Assembly (NCBI GenBank): GCA_030704615.1
Contig: CM060731.1
Span: 28,706,001-28,770,000 of the forward strand
DNA: 64,000 nt
Direction of reading: 5' to 3'
Origin: Takakia lepidozioides
Taxonomy: Eukaryota; Plantae; Bryophyta
Translations under genes and position numbers: made by a program
Shown: piece by piece, positions 22,261 through 33,323 of the stretch
Numbering within the stretch: the stretch's first letter is position 1
How the letters are laid out: each line of letters begins with the position of its first letter
The notes under the pieces: generated by a model
Database searches by the model: none
Told to the model about the DNA's origin: nothing
What the model saw: only the letters and a program-made list of their open reading frames with translations

Positions 22261-24870
22261 ACATTCAGTGATAATATGCATTGTTTATTCTCGTTTCATG
22301 ACTATTAGAGTCATTTAAGTCTCACTCACAGAGTTGTTTGTGAAGTCATTGCATTTTTCAACACATTCCTAAAATAAGGCACGTGCTCATTTGCAATATC
22401 GCCACGTGTCCAAATAATGGAGCCCATAATCGTCTAACTGGATTCGGCCACGTGTCCATATGTATTCGGACACGTGTCCGTCCATTGCTTAGTACGATCG
22501 ACGGAGTTGTTGCGTCCACGTCGCATACGGTGGAAGTGGTCTATGTTCTGAAGTAGTTAGTTTACCACTGTGACACATCATAAGTGGTTAGTTTACCACT
22601 GTGACACGTAAGCGAACAGCTGGACTTGGAGGCAAGTGATCGCAACCACTGTCGTTAACCACTTCGGACACGTCATGTTTTTAACCACTGCTAAGTCAAG
22701 ATCCACTGGTTCTAGACCACTATGGGGCCAGAGTGGTTGGGTGTCTTTTCCCACTCAAAATGAGTGGTTACCAGAGTGGTTATTCCGCGTTTTTCCTCTA
22801 GTGTATGGATTGGCTTCTTACCCAAGTAGAGCCATGACATGATATTTGTTTTCTAATTCCTGTGGTAAGTAAGTGCAAACTAACATTACCTAGTGCATTG
22901 TAAAAACAAAATTGGAATTTTGATAAAATCTGAGCCCTAGGTGTTGTTTTCAAGATTCCTCATTTAGCCTGCCATGTAGGCAAGTCAAAATTCTAAGGAA
23001 CATAAATTTTAATATTTTAAGGTGCTTTAAATTCACACATGTGCTTCTCCTTAATCCCGGCCCACCTCCATCCACTCACATCTAGGGGAGGTGGACCCCG
23101 GTGCCCCTGAAGCGACCCAAATCTAGGGTCGCTTTGTCCTTTAGGGGTTAAACTGTTAATAAGTTACTCTATTTCTGTTACGTATTTTCCTACTCCCAAC
23201 CCCTAACACTTAGCCAGGTCCGACTGTAATACTGATTGCACCTTCGATCCGACTGGAGAGAATATTAGACGAATTCAGTTTGAATAGATAAACATGTTTT
23301 CATCCGTTAGAGCACGTTACCCGATCTTTGTCGTCAGCAGTGACGCCCGTTAGTACGAGTGACGGAAGCAATGACGAGTTGACAGCGTCTGCCTGTACAA
23401 CAAGACGGAATCTTGTCGGAGAATGACGTGGTCCGGTACAAAGGGTGATATGTCGGACACAGCTGGAGCGTGTGAGCATGTGTGAACGATGTCAACAGTG
23501 TGGTACACACATATCTGTCGGTGTTTAGCAAATGAATCCCTAGGCAACAGTGTGGGTCCATGGGCAAAAAGAAACAAGACAACAAGAATTCCAGATTTGT
23601 GAAGAGAGAGGCCACCTACCCTACCTATAATATTGCCTCTCATAAGTCCTTGTTTATCTACCGTGGCGAACCTTCTAGCGGACTGGGCAGACCCTCCAAC
23701 AGACCGACTCCGACCTTCTAGCAGACAGACCCTCCAACAGACTGGCACCCCTCCAATAGACCGGGCAGACCCCCCTCCAGCAGACCGGCAGACCCTTTCG
23801 ACAAAATATATATTTGATAACACACATTACTACCGCAGTATAACTTGACAAGATTTGAACACCACACCTTGTGTTTATTATTCATTTCTCTTAACCACCA
23901 CACAACGCCACACAATGCTTTATTTGCATATTGTGGGCCCTAGCAGACTAACTCGTGTGTTTTTAGTAGACCAGCTTGCTGGGCAGACCTAGCAGCAGAC
24001 TGGCCGGATCCGGGTAGGGGCACTCCTACCCTCCACGATGCCCTCTGCCACACGCGCAAGCATTCATGACCCTATTATTGTTAAATGAGAAGCTATAATA
24101 TTATCCAGGACAAGGAAAATTAACCTTGTGGCCCCGATGAGATTTGAAGGGCGGACCTACCTTTCAATATGAAGGGCATAAAATAATAAATAAGGGTCCA
24201 AAGTTCAAAATTATGGCAGGGGCTATTCCTGAGGGGAAGGGTTACATTTTACACGTTTTTCCCGCCTCCAGCTCACTTTGGCCGGCATAATGTGCGATTG
24301 GCTATTATCCCTTTTTCGAAGATGGTTCATGTTCCACGATTACATATTTTTATGGGGGTTACTTGCAGAGCCTTCTTTATATACTGTCTCAAGGCAAGGT
24401 GGAGCCTCCTAGAAGGGGCCCACCGCCTCATCCTACTTCTCTGGAAAGCTCTAGAACTACAAGGAGGGCCACCCTCTCGCATATTCTACTTCTATGCTGG
24501 CCTCCCATATCACCCATTCTAACATCCCTACCTTCCCTCCCCATTGGCCGCTCCAATCTTCTCCCTTTTTTCGACCTTCAGGAATAGCCCCAGCCAGAAT
24601 TTGGGTGGGCCCTTCTAGAGTGAATGATGAATTAAAAGAGTACTATATATATTTCAAAGGGGATGGCCCTTTAGGTTGAGCGATTTCAAGGGAAATCACA
24701 AAGTTAAAATATATGATGCTTCAGCTTAATCCAACCTAAGTACAATGCAAAGTTTGATATGCTCTTTGTGTCATAACATGGTCAGAAGAAGGAAGAAGGA
24801 GACAAGAAAAAAGATATGTAAGGATTTGTTTGTTGCATATTATCCATATATTCAAAACCCCTACAACAAC

Positions 24871-25590
24871 GGAAGACAATAGGAATAATGTAAGAACTTA
24901 ATGGACGCGTATGATCTGACGGTAACTTTTGCCGGATTCCGGCAGCTTGGGCTCCTCCGGCAGGGCGGCTGTCAAATCTTCCCCAACCCCTCTTACCGGT
25001 TTCACTATTAAATACTTAGGAATCTGAGTGGGTTGTAAGCTGTGGTGGGTAGCGTGATGGGAAGGTGATTGCATTGAAGACGGCGAGTTTCAGTGTTCGA
25101 TTCTTGATGGGAGGCTCCTATAGTGTAACCCCGGTCGATGTAACCCTCCATTGGTGTAACCCTCTATAACCCCGGTTTCTCGTGTAACTCTGGTTAGTCC
25201 ATTTTATACTTAGCCAAATTTCGAGACCAAGTGTGAGTTACACCGAGTGGAGTTACACTCCATTCTGTGTAACCCCGAGTGGAGTTACACATCTCGTAGA
25301 GTAACCCAACGTAAGCAGAGATGACTCCGGCCGAAGCCGGCGTAAGTAAGAGCCACTTCACCTTGCGGCTAGAGCTCCATTTCGGGGGTGGGCCCTAAAA
25401 CAATTTAACCCCAAGTGGAGTTACATACCCGGGTGTAACCCAGTCTAACCCCGACTGGAGTTGACACTCCTTCAGTTCCATGTAATTCTCAAGAGAGGAT
25501 GGTGAAGATTTGACAAACCGAAACCGGTGTACTATCTTGTCAGAGGTTGCGGGTGTACATTAAGTTCTTACATTATTCCTATTATCTTCC
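24871..25590. mobile_element. Mutator-like MITE (720 bp)
   Basis: TIR GGAAGACAATAGGAATAATGTAAGAACTTAATG / CATTAAGTTCTTACATTATTCCTATTATCTTCC, 9-bp TSD TACAACAAC / CACAACAAC, internal TGTAACCC/GAGTTACA repeats. Confidence 0.85.
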
Positions 25591-25948
25591 CACAACAACT
25601 GCAGCAATAAAAGTCCCCTTGGAATGACGGGGACTTGGAAAGGCCAGAAAAAAAAAAAGGGACGAAATGGGGCAGTTGGAACATAGGCGCTTTGAGGGGT
25701 CCATAGAAACACGGCCTAATAAGGGCATTTGTGTGATCGTCTTTGAAGGGGTGAAACCTAACTTATCATTTTTTAAGAGTGCCGCATAGCTTTATCAAAA
25801 GAGCCAAGTGGGGCGATTTTTTTTAGATGGCCATCTGCCCTTCAAAGCTCATCCTACTTGCGGGGGCCATCAGGCATTACAAAGAGGGGTCAACAGATCA
25901 TGAATCCTCATTAGGTGGTAACGAGACAAGGGTGAGCATGTGGAAAAC

Positions 25949-27365
25949 GGCCGCGAATTTTCGGTAGCCACGTCCTAATGACGCCGGCTCCTTGGTCCCA
26001 GCAACACACCTCCCCATAGGCTTCACACGCCTTGCCACACATGTGGGCCCGCCCCCTCCATGTCTTCGTGTAGCTCCCCAAAACTGGCTTGTCCATTGCC
26101 CTAAACTTTTCCTTTTTCCTTTTTCCTGCGTGGACCTTGCACGCACTTCCCCATTATGCAATTTGGCGGAATGATACGAACAACCTTCCAGAGGGTACTC
26201 TAATATTATTTGGATTAAGCAATTTTAAACTTGACATGAACAACCCTCCGAAAGGTATCCATCACACATGACGTAATGGTAGGAACAACCATCCAAAAGG
26301 TTAGGAATCCAATTCTTTACCAGTACGAGTTCTTCATGTATGTGAGTGTAAACATTCACCTTCCGTTCCTCCCAGCTTTATTAAACATATTTATTTCGAT
26401 TTTTATGGAAGTTAAAAAAATGACACGGAACAATCTTCCGGAGAGTACACCAATATGTTTGGATAGAGCAATTTTAAAATTGAGATGAACAACCTTCCGG
26501 CCGGTTTCCATCGCGCATGACCTAATGGTAGAAACAACCTTCCGGAAGATATTAAACAAATTTGATTGGATTTTATGCAAGTTAAAAAATGAGTCACAAC
26601 AACCTTACAAAGGGTACTCCAACATTATTTGGATTAAGCAATTTTAAGCTTGACATGAACAACCTTCCGAAAGGTATCTGACCTGATGGCAGAAACAACC
26701 TTCCATAAGGTATTAAACATATTTGTTTGGATATTATGTAAGTTAAAATGATAGAAACAACCTTCCGGAGGGTATATCAATACGTTTGGATCGAGCAATT
26801 CTAAAATTGACATGAACAACCTTACGGGAGGTATCCATCGACGTAACTCAGTAATAGAAATAACCTTCTGTAAAGTAAAAATATTTGTTTAGATTCTACT
26901 CAATTGCAAAATTGACAATATAATAATATAATAATATAATATAATATAATAACATTGAGAAATATTCAAAACTTGTAACAACCTTTCGGCATGTACCCAT
27001 AAAACAAGACTGAATGATAAAAACAACCTTATGTAAAATAAAACAATTTTTTTGGTTTATATTCAGTCTGAAATAAATAAATAAAAATGAGCCTTGTTAG
27101 AGTTAGCAATTTTAGAGTAACCTCTCGAAGGGTGTTTGTACCATTTCCCCCAGATTGCATAATGGGGAAGTGCGTGCAAGGTCTGGACAGGGAAGAAAGG
27201 GAAAAGCAAAAGCTTAGGGCAATGGGCGAGCCTGTTTTGGCGAGCTACACGAAGACATGGAGGGGCCGGGCCCACATATGTGGCCAGGCCTGTGAAGCCT
27301 CGGGAGGTGCGCTGCTGGGGACCGGGCAGCCAGCGCTACGACGTGGCTATCGAAAATTCGCGGGC
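25949..27365. mobile_element. Non-autonomous Mutator-like (foldback) element with ~250-bp TIRs
   Basis: GGCCGCGAATTTTCG... / ...CGAAAATTCGCGGGC with exact 9-bp TSD GTGGAAAAC (25940-25948, 27366-27374). Interior made of AACAACCTTCC-containing repeats. Confidence 0.9.
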
Positions 27366-28029
27366 GTGGAAAACAGTGTAAACTAAGATCTGAGACTAGG
27401 TAGCTGAAACCGGACAGTAATATGGAGATGAGAACTCCATGTGCGTACGGATAGAGGATCTGCTCGGGTATTTTGGGATCAAATGGTGGGATGCTTGATG
27501 TGGCAGAAATTGGCCTTCACTTGCATTGTGGTAGCCCTTCAAAGTTGTCGCATAACTATCTCTGCAGTAGCCTTGGGAGAGTGATTCTCTTCTACACACA
27601 AGTGGAGGGGACGTTCACATTGCAGGTTTCTTGAGCGAGCTACTAGCCGGCGGCCTGGATTGGGTTTGAAGAAGACATTATCTAAGTGTTGGAATAGTTG
27701 CAGGGAGGACGATGCTTTATAACATGCGAAGGTAGAGAATCCTGCAACGGGGTATTGGAGAGTGGCCCAGCTCATAGTTGAGAGACAAACAGGGAGGGAG
27801 AGAGCTTATGGAGATCGAAAGTAAAGGGTCTTAAGATATATACGTGCCACACACGCTGGAGAGAGAAGGGCAGGCTTGAGCTTTAGGAGGATTTACAGCT
27901 TAGCATCATGCAATGCAACGTAGTTCACTTTGGATTTAACTGGGAATCCCGTAGAAGTATTCAGCAGGGCTTTGTTGGGAGTCCCCAATAGTCTAGAAAG
28001 ACTTGCCACTGGAGTCTGCGATTAAGACG

Positions 28030-29631
28030 ATGTTTTTGGGACTTGCAACTCGAAGGTTCAAGAGGTTGGCGGAGGGTGAACAGAACCAGGTTCGCGACAA
28101 ACGGGCAAATGGCAGGCAGTTCATTCTGGAGAGAGGTATACTTAGTCTTGTTAGATCTCAGCTCTTAGATGATGATCTCTGTGAAGCTCTCTCAAGGGAT
28201 GGATGTTCACCCACTGTGGAGACAGCCTTTCCCGGTGTCAGCCGTACTTATTTCGAGCCACCAGATCCTTTTCCACCCAGACTAAACTCCCTCCTATCTC
28301 ACTCAAGCTCCGGATCTACAGGGTCTGGATCTGTCCAGGTTTCATTTCACAGACACTGGAAGAGTAGTGGTAGCGGTAGCGGTAGTGGTAGTGGGGCAGT
28401 ATGCAACCACAGTGGAGCTCAGGAGGAAGTCTCAGGTCAGGAAAAAACGTTTAATTTTCAGAGTTCGAGAACATTGAAGGTTAAACCCGGGAAACGTCAC
28501 CACAGAGTCTGGATGTTGACTAGGAAACTGAGGGAAACTCTGGGGGAGAGATTTGCCGAGAAGATTGGGGAAGTAGTGAAGCAGGAATCCAGTTCCTTGG
28601 GGAACCAGCTGCGCCAGTTTTCTACCTCATTAGGAGAATCAAAAGCTATGACATACTCTTTGAGCCCAGGAAGCAGTGTGAAATGGGAGAAGTTGAGCTC
28701 TGATGGTGGCTGGGAGGGATGGTTGGTTGATGAAAGCACTATAAGGCTGCCGGTGGGCGCAGGCTCGGGAGAAATCTCCGAGGAGACTAAAGCACTGGGA
28801 GAGGATCCGGAGAGGAAGTCCCCCTCCCGAGACTGCCGCAGCAGGTGCCCACTGCCTAGCTCATCTCTCCCTGAAGCTCTGGTGACTGAAAGTTTGGTGA
28901 GCGATGCCAGTGACTGTTCTGTGGTAAAGGGAGATGTGCCCACCACTTTCCAGCATTTACCTTGTATAAATCCATGCAGCCCAAAGATGGTGTCTGGTAT
29001 CCAACCAAGTTGCTATGCTAATTCGTTACCTCTTGTGGAGAATGTTGCCAGTAAAAACATGTTCCAGAATAGAGTTCAGAAGGAAGCTGTCACCCATCAT
29101 TGGGAATCGGTCCCCACCTCCCGAACCCTTAGCCCCCCAGCTGTGAGCCCACGCTCCAAACATGCCGCTGTCCCGGAAGCTGCTGCTCTGGGAACGATCA
29201 AGCGAGAGGATGTGAATCTCTGCCACAATGAAGTTGAGACTGAAGACAAAAGGGAACACCAGGGTGCAGCAGTCATACTTCCTTGTCCCACAGCCGGAGA
29301 CACTGTAACATCACCCAAACCTCCACAACAACATTATAGGGGAGTCAGACAGAGACCCTGGGGGAAATTTGCAGCTGAGATTCGAGACTCTGCCCGACAA
29401 GGTGCCCGAGTTTGGCTTGGGACTTTTGCCACTGCCAAGGAAGCAGCATTGGCCTATGACAGTGCAGCTTTCCAAATGAGGGGTTGCCGAGCTCTTTTGA
29501 ATTTCCCTAGGAAGGTTTCATCAGATTCTATAACTACAAATAGCTTGGTATCATCATCAAGTAAGCAGCAAGGGCCCCCACCTGCTTCCTCTCCAGTTGA
29601 TGAAACAGACCTGTGTGTGATTTGCCAATAA
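28030..29631 (+). CDS. AP2/ERF transcription factor (ERF subfamily, group IX-like), intronless, ~533 aa
   Basis: AP2 domain [60 protein letters not shown]-terminal [12 protein letters not shown] resembles the group IX LxxIRxHLL motif. Start codon uncertain. Confidence 0.88.
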   Translation: MFLGLATRRFKRLAEGEQNQVRDKRANGRQFILERGILSLVRSQLLDDDLCEALSRDGCSPTVETAFPGVSRTYFEPPDPFPPRLNSLLSHSSSGSTGSGSVQVSFHRHWKSSGSGSGSGSGAVCNHSGAQEEVSGQEKTFNFQSSRTLKVKPGKRHHRVWMLTRKLRETLGERFAEKIGEVVKQESSSLGNQLRQFSTSLGESKAMTYSLSPGSSVKWEKLSSDGGWEGWLVDESTIRLPVGAGSGEISEETKALGEDPERKSPSRDCRSRCPLPSSSLPEALVTESLVSDASDCSVVKGDVPTTFQHLPCINPCSPKMVSGIQPSCYANSLPLVENVASKNMFQNRVQKEAVTHHWESVPTSRTLSPPAVSPRSKHAAVPEAAALGTIKREDVNLCHNEVETEDKREHQGAAVILPCPTAGDTVTSPKPPQQHYRGVRQRPWGKFAAEIRDSARQGARVWLGTFATAKEAALAYDSAAFQMRGCRALLNFPRKVSSDSITTNSLVSSSSKQQGPPPASSPVDETDLCVICQ

Positions 29632-29995
29632 CTAGGCCCCAAAAGGGCATGGGCTTTTGACCTTGAGATTTTCAAAGTTGGTAAACAGAGGTACAGGTAC
29701 AAATCCCTTAATGGATTTGAAGAGGGCGTCTCTCTGGTGAGAGTACCCAGGACAACGAATGAGAACATGAATTTTCAGGTTGCCCATACAACGGGCATTT
29801 GCAATCCCCCTTTCATCTCTGCATCTGTTTGCTGTTCAAAGGTAGGCTTCCTGCCCTGAGTTTAACTTTCAGTCTGGTGCCGAGAGTGGATAAACCCTTG
29901 AGGTCATCCATGATGTCCTCCCCATGTCACAACTGGAGCAGCCAGGCCACCAACAGACACAACAGCCAAGATCAGTGGGGAAGTGATGAGGATAT

Positions 29996-30086
29996 GCTGC
30001 AGGCCAGTGCGGGGCAAGTTCCTCCCAAAAACCTTTGGTAAGCATCCAACCAAGCCCTGGGAAAAAGTCTGAGCGATAGAGTGCCT
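29996..30086 (-). pseudogene. Duplicate of GnTI exon 13
   Basis: ALYRSDFFPGLGWMLTKGFWEELAPHWPA with acceptor and ATATCCTC donor retained. Confidence 0.9.
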
Positions 30087-30843
30087 CTGCGACAACTGAA
30101 CCACAAGCAAACTAAGTTTTTCAAAAAAATTCTGGTAAGATAGATCACAATTCATAGGATATGCAACTAAGTGCATCTGCATGCACATCGAAATATACAC
30201 ACACTCTCCTAATCTGTCTGGTCCACCTGATCCTTCACAGTGGTGACTGGAGAGGTACTCAGACATATGTGTCACTCCTATCCTACCTAGAGGGCTACCT
30301 CCAGCCTTTCTATTTCTACTGTACAAGTGGCAATGCTGCCAGATCCACATACATCACATATGCTCAGGAGTGGACCGAGTAGCATTGCTGATACCAAGAC
30401 CATGCTATTAGTATAAGTCGATGCCAGTCCTAATGTCAAAACCACATTTTGTACTGAATTGTTGTTAACTAGTGAACAGATTGGCAATAGCAAGACCACT
30501 TTTTCCCCAGCCTTGGAAACCCCTACCCTCTTTTGCTGAACTAAAACAAATGCAGATGTTCGGTTCAACATGAGGTTCGGTACTAGTTTCATTAGGTGTG
30601 CTCATGCCTCACAGCTTAGAAATCCCCTCTGAAGCTCTGACCTCTCTTATATCCGAAAGCTGAGAGAGTGATGAGAGATCTACGCGAAACAAATCTCAAA
30701 GCAAGGCAGCCAGTACAATAGCCTAATAATCTGTGTAACTTCGCCTGTTTGGCCCAAGAATGTAGTCTTTGACACATTTCTCCTGCTCTTGCACACAAAC
30801 ACTTGCAATTCTGAGAACTACTTAAGGGCTCAAAAGGAGATAA

Positions 30844-30972
30844 TCAAAGGGACCTTTCATCCCTTCCAAGCCCCAGAAGCTCCAATGGATCAGGTCTGAT
30901 GAAAAACAAGTGCTTAGATCTGCGCCTTCTAAACAATACAACACCCTTGGATGCAGTTCTCGGAACTCCATC
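30844..30972 (-). pseudogene. Duplicate of GnTI terminal exon 18
   Basis: DGVPRTASKGVVLFRRRRSKHLFFIRPDPLELLGLGRDERSL* versus DGVPRTAYKGVVVFRWRGSKRVFFIRPDSLELLGLGRDERSL*. Confidence 0.9.
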
Positions 30973-31649
30973 CTGCACACACGCTGTCTGTTACGGTGCG
31001 CTTCTTTGCCACAAAAGGAAAATAGAAAACCAGAAACAGAAGAATGTCCTGAGTTAGACCAAAGTCTCAAAGGTGGGAACCTGGTCTTCACTGGATCCGC
31101 TACTGGGCTGTGACAGTCTTCAGGGGGGGTTTGTCAATGGACTATCATCAACAATAATAGTGTTTCCCTCGTTCCACACCTGGGAGGTACAAGAGTTACA
31201 TTAGTAGTTTCCATACTTGCCAGGGAGTGTCAGAGTTGTCTTCGAGTGTTTTTGCTCGGGTCTTTCCTTTGGTGTCTAAACTGGGTTGCTTATAGCAAGG
31301 TGTCACAAGAAGACCAAAGATGAATGCCTCTCTTAAGAATGACCTGCAGCTGAGGCGGGGATAAGCCCAACCTGGTGGCCACATAAGGCTCTGGGAGGGT
31401 TGTTTCCCGCAGGGTCGAAGGCTATAAGGCTAAGGCAAGCCACCATTTGCAAGGAACGGCATGAGTACATCCTCTTAAGAATGGTCCAAAGGGCTGAAAT
31501 TTAAACTCAGGGAGGGGAGTCTACCTTAGAACAAGACGCAGATGCAAAGAGGAAATACAAAAAGGAAAGACTTTTATCACATCAACGGAAGGCCTAAAAA
31601 GCCCTAGGGACACAAGAGAGAAATGAAATGAAATGGAACTTTATTGTCA

Positions 31650-32297
31650 TTGCAATCAGAATCCTGGTCCTGTCCAGATTGGTTGTTCCACGGTCTCTCC
31701 ACCTCCGGCCAGCTACATCCAGTCATCGAACTGTCCGACTCGCTCTTTATGTCAGATGCACATGCCGACTCCTCACTCTTTACATAAGATGCACATAATG
31801 CTGCGTCCTCACGGGCAGCAGCATCCCACAGATTTATGGGAAACAGCCGCCATTCGGTTTTTTAGTTGGGGTCTGAATGGTGATAAGGAGGCTCGCTTGA
31901 CAACAGTCCCTTCCTCATCCTCGTCCTCCCAACGACCACAGGCTAACCACAGGCTAATTCCTCGTCCCCAACAGGATGGCAACCCTCTTGCCAAATGGAC
32001 TCCTCACTGGAAGCAGCATCCAGGCTCAAGGGAGGCTCCTTATGAACATTCAGCCCACCAACAAAAATCCGAATGGCGGCTGAATTCCGTAAATCTGTAA
32101 AATCAGTAGTCCTTCCTCGTCCTCATCCTCCCAACAACCACAGGCTAATTCCTCGTCCCCAAAAGGATGGCAACCTCTGGCCAATCTCGAACAGCAATGG
32201 CCGTCTTCTTGTTCTCCTCGTCCCAAATAGGATGGCAACCCAGAGTTGGCCAATCTCGAACGGCAATCGGCGTCTTTTTTCTTGCTGATGGCTCCAT
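31650..32297 (-). pseudogene. Decayed ORF with repeated IAVRDWPxxGCHP / LACGxWEDEDEEG modules
   Basis: ATG at 32297 downstream of a TATA-like box (~32470). MEPSARKKTPIAVRDWPTLGCHPIWDEENKKTAIAVRDWP then frameshifts and stops. Confidence 0.4.
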
Positions 32298-33323
32298 GCT
32301 CCTCCTTCACATATATGCTCACTCCCAATCCAACAAGACTCTCAAGCCAACTCCACTCACAAAAGCCCACAAGACTCTAAAGCGCACTGACAAGGCAACA
32401 AGAGAGGGCGAGGTAAGCACAGGGTGGCAAGCAAAGACAGACTCGACCCCCTCGATAGAATTGCGTTGTATATAATGCAGGCAACGCCGCTCACAAACGT
32501 CCTCGCCAAGGATAAAATAGGAATGAGGTAACTTAATTAAGCACACCACAAGTACGATCCAATCTTTTGCAGACCCAATTTAGGAAACAGTTGGCCTATT
32601 TATAGATATTATTGTTAGTGCATTTCTACTTGTCAAAAGGCTTCAGTAAGATGGCGCTGTGCTGTCATGTAACGTATCAACTGTCGGTACTGGGAAGGTG
32701 ACACAGGCAACAGAAGAAAAAAAGAGAGCAACAGGTCGCCCTTCTCTCAAGTTAGATTGCTTACATTTCCTTTTTTTTTTTTAATCTCCGTGCTGCAATG
32801 CAGGGTATGAGAGTAATGGGAGTTTGGAGAGTGTCTGGCCTACAGTTTAGGTAACGGATGAGAGCACAACATTCTGGGGCTGCTCCACGTACAAGCGTCT
32901 ACTATCTTATTTCCAGGATGCAAACAAATGCAGATGTTCGGTTCAATATGAGGTTCGGTATGAGCTCTGACCTCTCTTATATCTGAAAGAGAGATTGCGG
33001 AGAGATCTACACGAAACAAATCTCAAAGCAAGGCAGCCATTACCATAGCCTAATAAACCTGAAGTAGGAACGGTAAAACCTCCCGTAATCTCTGAGTGAC
33101 TTTTTAAGGAATACTGAAGAAGCCTGACTGAGATAAGAGTGGGATGTGGAGAGTTGCTTGACATGGACTTCTGACGATAGACCCTGCTCCCAGTGTGGGG
33201 GGGAAAAAAACTCTTCAACTTCGCCTGTTTGGCCCAAGAATGTAGTCTTTGACACATTTCTCCTGCTCTTGCACACAAATACTTGCAAATCTGAGAACTA
33301 CTTAAGGGCTCAAAAGGAGATAA

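Larger units (their letters stand above)
12110..22803. mobile_element. CACTA (En/Spm) DNA transposon, deleted derivative (~3.7 kb without the nested LTR element)
   Basis: TIRs CACTAGAAAAAAAACGCGGAATAACCA / TGGTTATTCCGCGTTTTTCCTCTAGTG, 3-bp TSD TAT (12107-12109, 22804-22806), many subterminal AACCACT/AGTGGTT repeats. Confidence 0.92.
29611..31623. repeat. Rearranged local duplication of GnTI sequence
   Basis: 29611-30543 matches 36087-37260 and 30544-31623 matches 32922-~34193, same orientation, with several indels. Confidence 0.92.

Noticed and set aside
23308-25876. Additional TIR elements (~23308-24027 and ~24125-25876)
   Set aside because: Inverted similarity is short and gapped and no TSD could be found.
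21257-27060. Regularly spaced repeats resembling CRISPR arrays
   Set aside because: Intervening sequences are themselves repeated, the arrays lie within TIR transposons, the context is eukaryotic and no cas genes are present.
29611-29631. CVICQ as the start of a RING finger fused to AP2
   Set aside because: It is followed by a stop, derives from antisense GnTI intron sequence, and no further RING ligands are in frame.
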